64,000 nucleotides of DNA from an uncultured Acidobacteriota bacterium. Lineage in GTDB: Bacteria; Acidobacteriota; Thermoanaerobaculia; UBA5066; Gp7-AA6. Under the pieces are notes generated by a model. It saw only the letters and a program-made list of their open reading frames with translations. It did not search any database and had not been told where the DNA came from. Location of the stretch: NCBI GenBank assembly GCA_963832145.1, contig CAWHTA010000011.1, forward strand, positions 665,451 to 729,450, given 5' to 3'. Below, one piece after another: positions 43,831 to 55,207 of this stretch. The stretch's first letter is position 1; each line of letters begins with the position of its first letter. The position numbers and the translations under genes are program-made.

Positions 43831-45458
43831 CTATTTGCTGCGAAAAACCTCGTAAATGGTTCCGGTGTCGAGCGACACCACGAGCAGGTTGCCGTTCGGC
43901 GCTGTCTGGATGTCGGTGAGGATCCCGAAGTCGCGTCCGACGATCAGGCTCTCGCTCTCGGTCAGGTCGTGGAAGGTCGGGTTGTCCGCAACGCGGTCCT
44001 CGAGCCGGGGATCGTCCACGCCGATCTTCCGGCGGTTGCCGGTCAGGTTGAAGCGCATGAGGCCTCCGCCGAGCGGGTCGTCGTTCACCGAGAATCCGAC
44101 GAAGAGGTCGCCCAGGTACTGCGGGCCGAGGGCCCGGCTGTTCAGGAAACCGATCGCCGCGGGAGCGAGCACGTGCTTCCAGCTGAACTCCGGATCGCTG
44201 TAGCGCGACCCGGGGAGGACGAAGAGACGCGAGAGCGCTTCCGCCGGAGTGTCGGCGATCCGCTCCGGCCCCCACCGGAACTGCTGCAGGTTCGGGAAGT
44301 CCTCGTGGTGGAGAGAGGTCGTCTCGATCTCCTTGTACTCGGCGACCCGCGAGGCCGGCCCGATGATCTGGATCCACCCCGAGTTCATCCCGGGTTCGAT
44401 CAGGTTGAGCTCGTCGAAGGCGTCCTCGCCGTTCTCCTGGTCCCAGAGGTTTCCGGATAGCGGGATCGAACGCCATCCCGAAGCTGTTGCGGATCCCGTA
44501 GGCGAAGATCTTCTGGATGTTCGCGCCGACTTCGCCGCCCATCGCGGCGCCCGCCGAGAAGAACGGGTTGTCCGCGGGAGTCGTCCCGTCGTCGTTCAAG
44601 CGGATGATCGACTCCGCTGAAGTGCGCGTCGTCCGGCTCCGGCCCGCCGAACTGATCGTCCGGAACCGTGGGGCCGAGCCCCGTGAGCGTCGGACCGGAA
44701 GGCAGGTTCTGAAGCTGTCCGCGACGGCCCACGTCTCCGAACATGATGTAGAGCTTTCCGTCCGGCCCAAACCGGATGATCCCGCCATCGTGGTTTCCGC
44801 GCGGCGGCTGCTCTTCGTCGCCCTGGCCGGCCGGCACGGGCGCGCCGTCGTTCTGGAACGAGCGAAGCTTGATCAGGTTCGAGTCGAAGGAAAGCGTCGA
44901 CGTCGTGTCGTCCCACACGAATCGGTCGACCCGGTTTCCCAGCAGAGGCGCGGCCAGCAGATCCGGGTTCGTCGGGGCGGGGTCCGGATTCGTGTCCGCG
45001 CCGAGCTCGGGAGTGTCGGCGCACTCCGTCAGCGTCGGGAAGAACGGGTTTTCGGGCGGCGGCGGCGGAGCCTTGCAGCTCCAGAAGAGATAGACGAATC
45101 CGTTCGCTGCGAAGTTCGGGTGGAGTGCGATGCCGAGCAGGCCCCGCTCCGACGTGTTGTTGACGGCAAGGTCGATCGCCGTCCCCTGTACGGTTCCATT
45201 CGACACGACCTGGACCTGCCCGGTGTTCTTTTCGAGGACGAGCCACCGGCCGTCCGGGAGAAAAGCGAGCCCGATCGGCGTGATGAATCCGGTCGCCGCG
45301 GGCCGGACGGAAAGGTTGGGTACGAGCATCGTCGGCCCCGACGTCTGTGCGTCGGTGCGTCCGATTCCGCTCGCGAAGAGAACGATGGCCGCCGCCGCAA
45401 CTGCGGCGAGGCCGATTCCGCACGTCCGGCGGAAGCGCCTCCGTTCGATTCTTTTCAT
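43831..45458 (-). pseudogene. PQQ-dependent sugar (glucose/sorbosone) dehydrogenase-like secreted protein, two frameshifts
   Basis: Three consecutive frames: ..GLLGIALHPNFAANGFVYLF..DDAHFSGV | IIRLNDDGTTPADNPFF..GIRNSFGMAFDP | LSGNLWDQENGEDAFDELNLIEPGMNSGW... Extra bases at about 44609 and 44461. Confidence 0.72.
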
Positions 45459-45542
45459 GAAAGGCCCCCGTGGGATTTGGAGTTGCCCTCACGCTCCGGC
45501 TCACCCGGGTCGCGCGTTCGGGTCGAGCAAGGCGCGCGCCAT

Positions 45543-45572
45543 TAAGTCATTTCTAATCTTTAAGTTACGCTT
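45543..45572 (-). promoter_or_regulatory. AT-rich conserved motif, copy A (upstream of the PQQ-dehydrogenase-like gene)
   Basis: Minus strand AAGCGTAACTTAAAGATTAGAAATGACTTA; 85-114 nt upstream of the ATG at 45458; directly after the upstream terminator T-run. Confidence 0.55.
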
Positions 45573-45604
45573 AAGAAAAGGCCCGCCGTTTCCAGCGGGC
45601 CTTT
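45571..45604 (-). terminator. rho-independent terminator after the oxidase-like gene
   Basis: Minus strand AAAGGCCCGC-TGGAAACG-GCGGGCC-TTTTCTT. Confidence 0.7.
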
Positions 45605-45624
45605 GAAGTCGTCTCCTCTCCGCG

Positions 45625-47944
45625 CTAACCGCCGAGCAGGTCGAGACGCCTCCCCATGCTCGGCACGCCGTTCTTGTCGACGACGTAGAGCATGTAGATC
45701 CCGGGAATCGCCTGGGCCGGAAGCTTCGGAGCGCGAATTCGGAGCTCGCGCTTGTTGGCGGCGCCCTTCTGCTGGAACGAGAGCTTCACGTACCGGTCGC
45801 CGGCGGTCAGGCTGTGCGTGTTGTGGTCGCTCCGGAGGATCACGACCGAAGAGATCTCGCTCGGTGCTCCCGCGATGCGGATGTCGAAGTGACCGCCGTA
45901 CGCGACGGTGCCGGGCCACTGCTGAATGCCCGGTCTCGGTTTCGGCGTGCCGTCCGCCTGGAAGAGATAGGGGGGAGAAAAGACCTGCCCCACGGGAACT
46001 CCCAGATCCGGATCTCCGGCGGGGAGCTCTCCGGCGTAGGAAGTCGTCATCGGAAACGACGGGTCGTCCGGGCGAACGAGCGCCTCGCGGTTCTCTCCCG
46101 CGAAGAAGACGGTCGCGTCCGGCAGCAACGTCGCGGTCCCGTGGAGTCCGCGGGACACGGTCGTCTTGGTGAGCCGGCGGATCGAGCCGTTCGCCGGATC
46201 GAACATCTGGAAGTGAAGTCCCTCCTTCTCCTCGTACGTGCACGGCCGTCCGTCGACCGAGCAGTTCGGCGAGCGGTTGACGCCCTGCCCGATGAGCACC
46301 TTTCCGTCGGGCAGCACGACGGCCTTCGTCGTCGCAAGGGGCTGCAGGATGTCGCCGACCTTCCTCCACCGGGGCATCGCGTCGGTGAACTCCATCTCCT
46401 CGACGGTCCCGGTCTGGTTGCCGTCCTTCGTCCCGGAGATCATGAACCACTTGTGAGACGTCGTCTGTCCCTCCGCGTTGATCTCGACGAGGCTCGCCGT
46501 CGGGCAGCAGTAGGGTCGCACCTCGAGGGCCGTGTCGACGAGCGTCCAGTGCTTCTTGGCGGGGACGTTGCGGTTCGGGTCCCGAAGGGCGCCGAGAACG
46601 TCGAGACACCACGTCGTTCCTTTCGTGAAGGGCGGCGTTCCACCGCCGACGCCGAACCGGGCGCCGCCGGGGATGCGTTCGGTCGCCGTAGTTGATCTCG
46701 CCGTTGAACGTGCAGACCTTCCAGTCGCCCTCGCGGGGTCCCGTCTGGACGACCTCGAGCTGCGGGTAGAGCGGGAACGCCATGCGCGCGTTCTCGAGCG
46801 CGATGTTGCGATCCGTCTTCGGGTCGTAGACCTCCGGGACCACGATGTTGACCCGTGTGGCGGTGAAGGCGGTGTCGCTCTGACTCTGGTTCAAGCGGCC
46901 CTTGGCGGCCCGATCGGGGTCGGGCGCGACCGAGTTGTCCTGGTCGAATCCGCCGAGGACGAGAACCGTGTCGTTCGGAAGCGGAATCGCGGACGGATAC
47001 CAGCGGGAGTACTTCTGGTCGGACGGCTCCGACGGCTGCGTGCTCTGCTGATCGCGCTGGTCGCAGTTCGGGTAGTTCTGAGCGTCGGGGTTCGAGGCAA
47101 ACAGCTTCTGGCCGAACGGATCGCTATTCCAGTTCGAGCGCGTGCACGGCTCGCGGCGCGGGACCCAGGTCTCGGTCTCCGGGTCGAAGATGTTGACCTT
47201 GTACAAGCCGTTGTTGCTCTGCATGTCGTGGCCGCCGAAGACGTAGACGCGGCCGTCGGAAAGCGTGACCCGAGCGTTGCAGTACGTGTTGTAGAACATC
47301 CCCTTCGAGTAGCCGTTCTCGGTGAACGCCGCGCGGTTCAGCGCGAAGTCCGCTTCGTCGAGAAGCGCCGTGTGGAACTTGCCCGTGTTCTTGAACGCGT
47401 CGGGGTGGTTGATGTCGAACAGCAGCTGCCGCTCCATCGTGCGGTTCGCCACGATGCGCGTCGGGACGCTCTGGGACAGTCCCTGCCGCAACAGGTAGCC
47501 GCCGTAAGTGAGCCGCTGGAAGGAGTCGTCCGCCTCGCGGTCCTGGCCGAGGCCGAGGAACGGATCGAACCCGTGGAGGACGTCCCGGAGCGAGGAGTTG
47601 AACTGAAGTCCCGGCGTGACGAACGCTCCGAGATCGATCGCCATGTCGGTCAGCGCGGGGTCGGCCACGTCGTTGGGCGTGTACTCAGGGAATCGGCCGT
47701 GGAAGAGGATCTTCGGGTTCTGTGAGCCTTTCTTCCACACGAGACCCATGTGAACGGCTTCCGCGCTCTGCATGGGCACGAGCGGGGAGACCTTGCCGCA
47801 GAGCGATGGATCCGTGCAGTCGCTCGGCTGGGCGAACGCACGCTGGGCGCCGCCCGGCGGCGCGAGGAGCCACGATCGCTCCGACCAGCAGCAGAGTTTC
47901 GACGCGAGGTTTCGTCGGGGAGAGAAGCGTTCGGTGGTGTGCAT
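45625..47944 (-). pseudogene. galactose-oxidase / glyoxal-oxidase-like copper radical oxidase (kelch beta-propeller plus DUF1929 C-terminal domain), frameshift near 46681
   Basis: N-terminal ORF ..FYNTYCNARVTLSDGRVYVFGGHD..CTFNGEINYGD | ERIPGGARFGVGGGTPPFTKGTTWCLD..LHGTATLLPDATVFFAGE..ILRSDHNTHSL..IYMLYVVDKNGVPS in a second frame. Confidence 0.72.
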
Positions 47945-48032
47945 GGGAACGACCCCCGTCGAGGCGGCTCCGGCCTATTCCGAAGCCGGATCCGCGCAGG
48001 GTCGCAGCAAACGCCGGGCCACCGGGCGCTCC

Positions 48033-48062
48033 TAAGTCGTTGCTAATCTTTAAGTTACGCTA
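48033..48062 (-). promoter_or_regulatory. AT-rich conserved motif, copy B (upstream of the oxidase-like gene)
   Basis: Minus strand TAGCGTAACTTAAAGATTAGCAACGACTTA; 27/30 identical to copy A; 89-118 nt upstream of the ATG at 47944. Confidence 0.55.
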
Positions 48063-48102
48063 ACTCGCCGTTAAGGCGTCGTTCAGGAAGGTTCCGGTGC
48101 AG

Positions 48103-50371
<2,269 letters not shown>

Positions 50372-50374
50372 CGG

Positions 50375-51334
50375 GTGTCGTTGCCGGTCCGGGAGATCCG
50401 AATCGTTCTCGTCTCATGGAGGGACGCCGACGACGCTCTCGCCGCGATCGATTCGCTCGCGGCCGCGCGCGGGCGGATGGAACCGAACGGACCGGCCGTG
50501 TCGCTCGTCGTCGTCGATAACGGGGGCGGCCTTCGCCGGGACGCCGTCCTCGCGGCGTGGCCGGACGCCACCGTCCTCGTCAACGAAACGAACCGGGGCT
50601 TCGGGCCCGCGGCGAACCAGGGCGCGCAGGCGCCGCGCGGCGACGTGCTGCTCTTCCTGAACCCGGACACGCGCGCCGTCGGGGAACCGTTCTCGGCGAT
50701 CGCGGAAGCGTTTGATTCGAGACCCGAAGCGGTCGCTGTCGCGCCGCGGCTCGTGGACGACGACGAGGGCGGAGCCCGAGGACCCCGGCTCGCGCCGCCC
50801 GACCGCGAGGATCAGTTCACGTTTCAGCTCCGCCGGCTGCCGCGTCTGCGCGACGACGCGAGGGAGCTTCTCCTCCTTGACCACGTCGCGCCGAACAACC
50901 GGGGGCGCCGGCGTTTCCGTTACGCGGATCGGAACCCGGATTCGCCGCTCGAAGTCGAACAGGCCGCCGGGGCCGCGCTCGCCGTGCGGCGCGACGCGTT
51001 CGAGCAGGCGGGCGGGTTCGACGAGCGTTTCGCGCCCGCGTGGTTCGAGGACGTCGAGCTCTGCGCCCGCCTGGGCGAGCAGGGTCCGATCCTCTACTGG
51101 CCGGCGGCCCGATTCCGTCACCGCGGCGGCGCCTCTTCGGGCGAGCTCGGATACCGGCGCTTCCTCCCGATCTACTACGGCAACGCGCTCCGCTACCGGC
51201 GCGAACGCTATGGCGCGGTTGCGAGGCTCGCGTACCGCGCGCTTCTCGTCGGCGGGATGACCCTGCGCCTCGCGGCGCTTCCGTTTCGCCCGCATCCGCC
51301 CCGCCCGCGAAACGAATCCGCGTGGCGTACTTGA
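50375..51334 (+). CDS. glycosyltransferase family 2
   Basis: ..IVLVSWRD..VVVDNGG..NRGFGPAANQG..LFLNPDT..FEDVELCAR... Confidence 0.8.
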   Translation: MSLPVREIRIVLVSWRDADDALAAIDSLAAARGRMEPNGPAVSLVVVDNGGGLRRDAVLAAWPDATVLVNETNRGFGPAANQGAQAPRGDVLLFLNPDTRAVGEPFSAIAEAFDSRPEAVAVAPRLVDDDEGGARGPRLAPPDREDQFTFQLRRLPRLRDDARELLLLDHVAPNNRGRRRFRYADRNPDSPLEVEQAAGAALAVRRDAFEQAGGFDERFAPAWFEDVELCARLGEQGPILYWPAARFRHRGGASSGELGYRRFLPIYYGNALRYRRERYGAVARLAYRALLVGGMTLRLAALPFRPHPPRPRNESAWRT

Positions 51335-51360
51335 AAGTGATCAAAGCAGCCCTCGGTCTG

Positions 51361-51390
51361 GCTGATAGCTGATAGCTGATAGCTGATAGC
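51361..51390. repeat. heptamer tandem repeat (GCTGATA)x4 ending 3 nt before a GT2 start codon
   Basis: GCTGATA GCTGATA GCTGATA GCTGATA GC (51361-51390), then GG ATG (ATG at 51393). Confidence 0.9.
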
Positions 51391-51392
51391 GG

Positions 51393-52355
51393 ATGGCTCC
51401 TCTGACCGTATCGATCATCGTCGTCTCCCGGGACTCCGCGGCCGACCTCCCGCTCTCGCTCGCGTCGGCGGCCGGCCAGCGTGGCGTTTCGCTCGAGATC
51501 GTCGTCGTCGACAACGCCTCGTCGGACTCGAGCCGCGAGGTCGCGCGCGGGTTCGCGCCGGCGGCGCGACTTCTCTCCCTCCCCGACAACACCGGCTTCG
51601 CCGCCGCGATGAACGCCGGCATCGCGCAGACCTCCGGCCGATACGTGCTCGCGTTGAACCCGGACTGCCGCCTCGCGCCGGACTTCGCCGCGACCCTCGC
51701 GCGGCGCCTCGATGCTCGCCCGGACGTGGGTTCCGCTTCCGGTCGGATCCTTCGCGCCGAAGGGCCCGACCTCGCTCCTACCCCACGCCTCGACTCGACC
51801 GGGATCGTCTTCACCGCCTCCGGGAGACACTTCGACCGCGGCTCGGAGGAGACGGCGGAGGGGCGCTACCTCGTGGAGGAGGAGGTCGCCGGCGTCACGG
51901 CCGCCGCCGGGTTCTATCGGCGCGAGGCTCTCGAGTCGGCGAAGATCTCGACCGGGTACTTCGACTCCGACTTCTTCCTCTACCGCGAGGACGCGGACCT
52001 CGCATGGAGGCTTTCGCGCCTCGGCTGGAAGAGCCTCTACGTCCCCGCCGCGGTCGCCTGGCACCGGCGGCGCAACCTTCCCGACCGCCGCCGGGGGATG
52101 CCGGCCTCGGCAAACCTCCACTCCGTCAAGAACCGGTTCCTGCTGCGGATCAACAACCAGTCGCGGGACGAGTTCTTCCGGACGCTCGTTCCGACGATCG
52201 CGCGCGACCTCGTCGTCCTCGGCGCCTGCCTGACCGTCGAACCCTCGTCTCTTCCGGCGTTCCCCTGGCTCTGGAAGAACCGCAAGCGCCTCTGGGAGAA
52301 GCGGCGCGAGATCGAGGACAAGGTCCTTCGCCGGCAGTCCGCCTCTGGTACCTGA
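51393..52355 (+). CDS. glycosyltransferase family 2
   Basis: ..VSIIVVSRDS..VVVDNASSD..NTGFAAAMNAG..LALNPDC..YREDADLAWR... Confidence 0.82.
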   Translation: MAPLTVSIIVVSRDSAADLPLSLASAAGQRGVSLEIVVVDNASSDSSREVARGFAPAARLLSLPDNTGFAAAMNAGIAQTSGRYVLALNPDCRLAPDFAATLARRLDARPDVGSASGRILRAEGPDLAPTPRLDSTGIVFTASGRHFDRGSEETAEGRYLVEEEVAGVTAAAGFYRREALESAKISTGYFDSDFFLYREDADLAWRLSRLGWKSLYVPAAVAWHRRRNLPDRRRGMPASANLHSVKNRFLLRINNQSRDEFFRTLVPTIARDLVVLGACLTVEPSSLPAFPWLWKNRKRLWEKRREIEDKVLRRQSASGT

Positions 52356-52376
52356 TACCCGATACCTGATACCTGT
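52349..52376. repeat. imperfect heptamer tandem repeat (TACCTGA)x4 spanning the whole GT2-GT4 junction
   Basis: TACCTGA TACCCGA TACCTGA TACCTGT. It contains the GT2 TGA (52353-52355) and the first two bases of the GT4 GTG (52375-52377). Confidence 0.85.
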
Positions 52377-53493
52377 GAAGATCGGCATCCTCGGCACGCG
52401 CGGCATCCCCGCCCGGTATGGCGGGTTCGAGACGCTCGCCGAAGAGCTGTCGGCCCGGCTCGTCGCCCGCGGGCACGACGTCACCGTTTACACGCGCTCG
52501 CGCTACGCCGAGCCGGGTCTCCGCGAGTGGCGCGGCGCGAAAATCCGCGTCCTCCCGACGATCCCGACGAAGTACCTCGACACGGTAGTGCACGGTTTTC
52601 TCTCCGGAGTGGACGCCGCGACCGCGCGCTTCGACGCGGTCCTCGTCTGCAACGCGATCAACGCGCTCTCGTGCTTTCTGCCACGGATCGCGGGGCGAAC
52701 GCGGGTCGTGCTGAACGTCGACGGGCTCGAGAGGAACCGCCGCAAGTGGAACGCCGCGGGGCGCCTCGCTTACGAGATCTCCGAAAAGCTTTCGACGATC
52801 GTGCCGGACGCCGTGATCTCCGACGCGCGCGTGATCCACGACTACTACCGGGAGCGGTACGGCTTCGAATCCCACTTCATTCCTTACGGAGGAGACCTCC
52901 CCGAGCCGACGGGCCGCGAAACGCTCGAGCGGCTCGGGCTCTCCGCGGAGGGGTACGTCCTCTACGTCTCGCGTCTCGAGCCGGAGAACAACGCCGACGC
53001 CGTCGTCCGCGCCTACCGCGACGTCCCCGGGGAGAGGCCCCTCGTCGTCGTGGGGGACGCGCCCTACGCCGCCGACTACATCACGCGCGTCCGCGCGCAG
53101 GCCGACCCCCGCGTCCGGTTTCCCGGCGCCATCTACGGCGATGGCTACCGGCAGCTCCTCGCGAACGCCGCCGTGTACGTTCACGCGACGGAGGTCGGCG
53201 GCACGCACCCGGCGCTCGTCGAGGCGCTCGGCTACGGGCGCGTCGTCGCGTACAACGCCACTCCCGAAAACGAGGAGGTGGCGGGAGGGGCGGGCCTTCC
53301 TTTCGACGCCCGGAAGCCCGGGACGCTCACCCGGGTCCTGAGCGGCCTCCTAGAGGACCCCGCTTCCGGGTCCGTATGGAAGGAGCGGGCTAAAGCACGC
53401 GCGAATGAACGATACCGATGGGAAGACGTCGCCAGCCGCTACGAAGCGGTCCTTTCCGGCGGCGTCCTTGCTGGCGGAGGCGGCATCCCGTAA
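52375..53493 (+). CDS. glycosyltransferase family 1/4 (DUF1972-type N-terminus)
   Basis: MKIGILGTRGIPARYGGFETLAEEL.. and the C-terminal ..EVGGTHPALVEALGYG.. (E-x7-E region). Confidence 0.82.
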   Translation: MKIGILGTRGIPARYGGFETLAEELSARLVARGHDVTVYTRSRYAEPGLREWRGAKIRVLPTIPTKYLDTVVHGFLSGVDAATARFDAVLVCNAINALSCFLPRIAGRTRVVLNVDGLERNRRKWNAAGRLAYEISEKLSTIVPDAVISDARVIHDYYRERYGFESHFIPYGGDLPEPTGRETLERLGLSAEGYVLYVSRLEPENNADAVVRAYRDVPGERPLVVVGDAPYAADYITRVRAQADPRVRFPGAIYGDGYRQLLANAAVYVHATEVGGTHPALVEALGYGRVVAYNATPENEEVAGGAGLPFDARKPGTLTRVLSGLLEDPASGSVWKERAKARANERYRWEDVASRYEAVLSGGVLAGGGGIP

Positions 53494-53535
53494 CATCCCC
53501 CGCGCTCCGCGGCCGCGCCGCGGCCAACCGGTTTC

Positions 53536-54966
53536 ATGCTGAAACAGAAAGCCCGCGCCATCGCCGTCGGAGTCCTCGTGGCGGAGCTCGCCCTGGTCGC
53601 GCTGGCTCTCCCGCTGGCGTACGTGCTTCGCCACGGGCTCCTCGCGCGCTTCCTGCCGACCATGTTCCCGGTCGCGCCCTCCTTCGAGCGCTACGCGATC
53701 CTCGTTTTCCTCGTCCTTCCGGTTTTCGCGCCGATGCTCTATGCGGTCGGTTTCCGGCGCAGCCACCGCACGCTGCCGCTCGGCGAAGAGATCTGGGCCG
53801 TCGCGAAGGTGGCGTTCGGCGGCACCGCGCTCCTGACCCTCTTCATCTACGGGCTTCGGTTCGAGTTCGTGAGCCGCTGGTTCCTCGCGGTCTTCGGCAT
53901 CGTGACGTTCCTCCTTCTCGCGGCCGAACGCGTCGCGCTGCGGCTCCTCTCGAGGTGGGTCCGGTCGCGCGGCTACAACTTCCGAACTGTGCTGCTCGTG
54001 GGGACCGGACCGAAGGCGACGCAGCTCGCGGACTTCATGGAAGCGCACCCGCACTGGGGCTTCCGGGTCGCGGGATACCTCGACGACGAGAACGGCGGCC
54101 AGATCCGCCGATCGAACCGCTGGCCGTGCCTCGGTCGGATCGGCGACCTGGAAACTCTCCTCGGCCGCGAGGTCGTGGACGAAGTCATCTTCGTGATCGA
54201 GAAGGGAAAGCTCGGCGACTACGAGCAGGCGCTCCTCGTCGCGGAGCGTCATGGCGTGCGCGCGCACGTCTCCCTCGACATCTTCCCGCACGTGCTCGCG
54301 CGGCCGGTTTTGGAGGAGCTCGACGGCGTCCCGCTGCTGACGTTCACGACGACGCCGTCCAACCCCATGCAGCTCGTCGTGAAGCGCGCCATCGACCTCG
54401 CGCTTTCGCTCGTCCTCTTCCTCCTGACGCTGCCGATCCAGGCCCTCGCGGCGCTCGCCATCCGGCTCACGTCGCCCGGCCCGATCTTCTTCCGGCAGGT
54501 GCGTTGCGGCTTGAACGGCCGGCACTTCACGCTATTCAAGTTCCGCACGATGGAGGCGGAGGCCGAGGCCCGCCTGCTCGAGATCGCGCACTTGAACGAG
54601 ATGTCGGGGCCCGTTTTCAAGTCGGCCCGCGACCCGCGGCTGACGCCGGTCGGTCAGCTCCTCCGGCGGCTGTCCATCGACGAGCTGCCGCAGCTCTGGA
54701 ACGTGATCGTCGGCGACATGAGCCTCGTCGGCCCGCGCCCGCCGCTGCCGGAGGAGGTCTCGCGCTACGAGCCCTGGCAGCGCCGCCGGCTCTCGATGAG
54801 CCCGGGCCTCACCTGCCTGTGGCAGGTGTCCGGAAGGAGCGAGGTCGATTTCGACCGGTGGATGGAGCTCGATCTGAAGTACATCGACACGTGGTCGCCG
54901 ATGCTGGATCTGAAGATCCTGCTGAAGACCGTCCCGGCGGTGCTGTCGGGACGCGGGGCGCGCTAG
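53536..54966 (+). CDS. exopolysaccharide-type polyprenyl-phosphate glycosyl-1-phosphate transferase (WbaP/EpsB-like priming transferase)
   Basis: N-terminal TM helices and a C-terminal ..PGPIFFRQVRCGLNGRHFTLFKFRTM..DELPQLWNVIVGDMSLVGPRP... Confidence 0.88.
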   Translation: MLKQKARAIAVGVLVAELALVALALPLAYVLRHGLLARFLPTMFPVAPSFERYAILVFLVLPVFAPMLYAVGFRRSHRTLPLGEEIWAVAKVAFGGTALLTLFIYGLRFEFVSRWFLAVFGIVTFLLLAAERVALRLLSRWVRSRGYNFRTVLLVGTGPKATQLADFMEAHPHWGFRVAGYLDDENGGQIRRSNRWPCLGRIGDLETLLGREVVDEVIFVIEKGKLGDYEQALLVAERHGVRAHVSLDIFPHVLARPVLEELDGVPLLTFTTTPSNPMQLVVKRAIDLALSLVLFLLTLPIQALAALAIRLTSPGPIFFRQVRCGLNGRHFTLFKFRTMEAEAEARLLEIAHLNEMSGPVFKSARDPRLTPVGQLLRRLSIDELPQLWNVIVGDMSLVGPRPPLPEEVSRYEPWQRRRLSMSPGLTCLWQVSGRSEVDFDRWMELDLKYIDTWSPMLDLKILLKTVPAVLSGRGAR

Positions 54967-54982
54967 AAGCCACTCAAAAGCT

Positions 54983-55187
54983 GTCAGTCCGAGGAGCGCC
55001 TCTTCCTCGGTCATTCCGAGGAGCGGAGCGACGAGGAACCCCCTGCTTCAAAGCCGGGGATCCTTCGCGCGCTCAGGATGACATCGCTTCCCCTGTCATT
55101 CCGAGGAGCGGAGCGACGAGGAATCTGTGGCTCTGTTGAGAGGGATCCAGATCCTTCGCTGCGCTCAGGATGACAGGCGAGGATGAC
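54983..55187. repeat. GTCATYCYGAG-type palindromic repeat cluster (largest locus)
   Basis: GTCAGTCCGAGGAGCG.., GTCATTCCGAGGAGCGGAGCGACGAGGAAC..GATCCTTCGCGCGCTCAGGATGAC, GTCATTCCGAGGAGCGGAGCGACGAGGAATCTGTGG..CAGATCCTTCGCTGCGCTCAGGATGAC. Confidence 0.88.
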
Positions 55188-55207
55188 GGCTCACCGACAG
55201 GTGAGAG

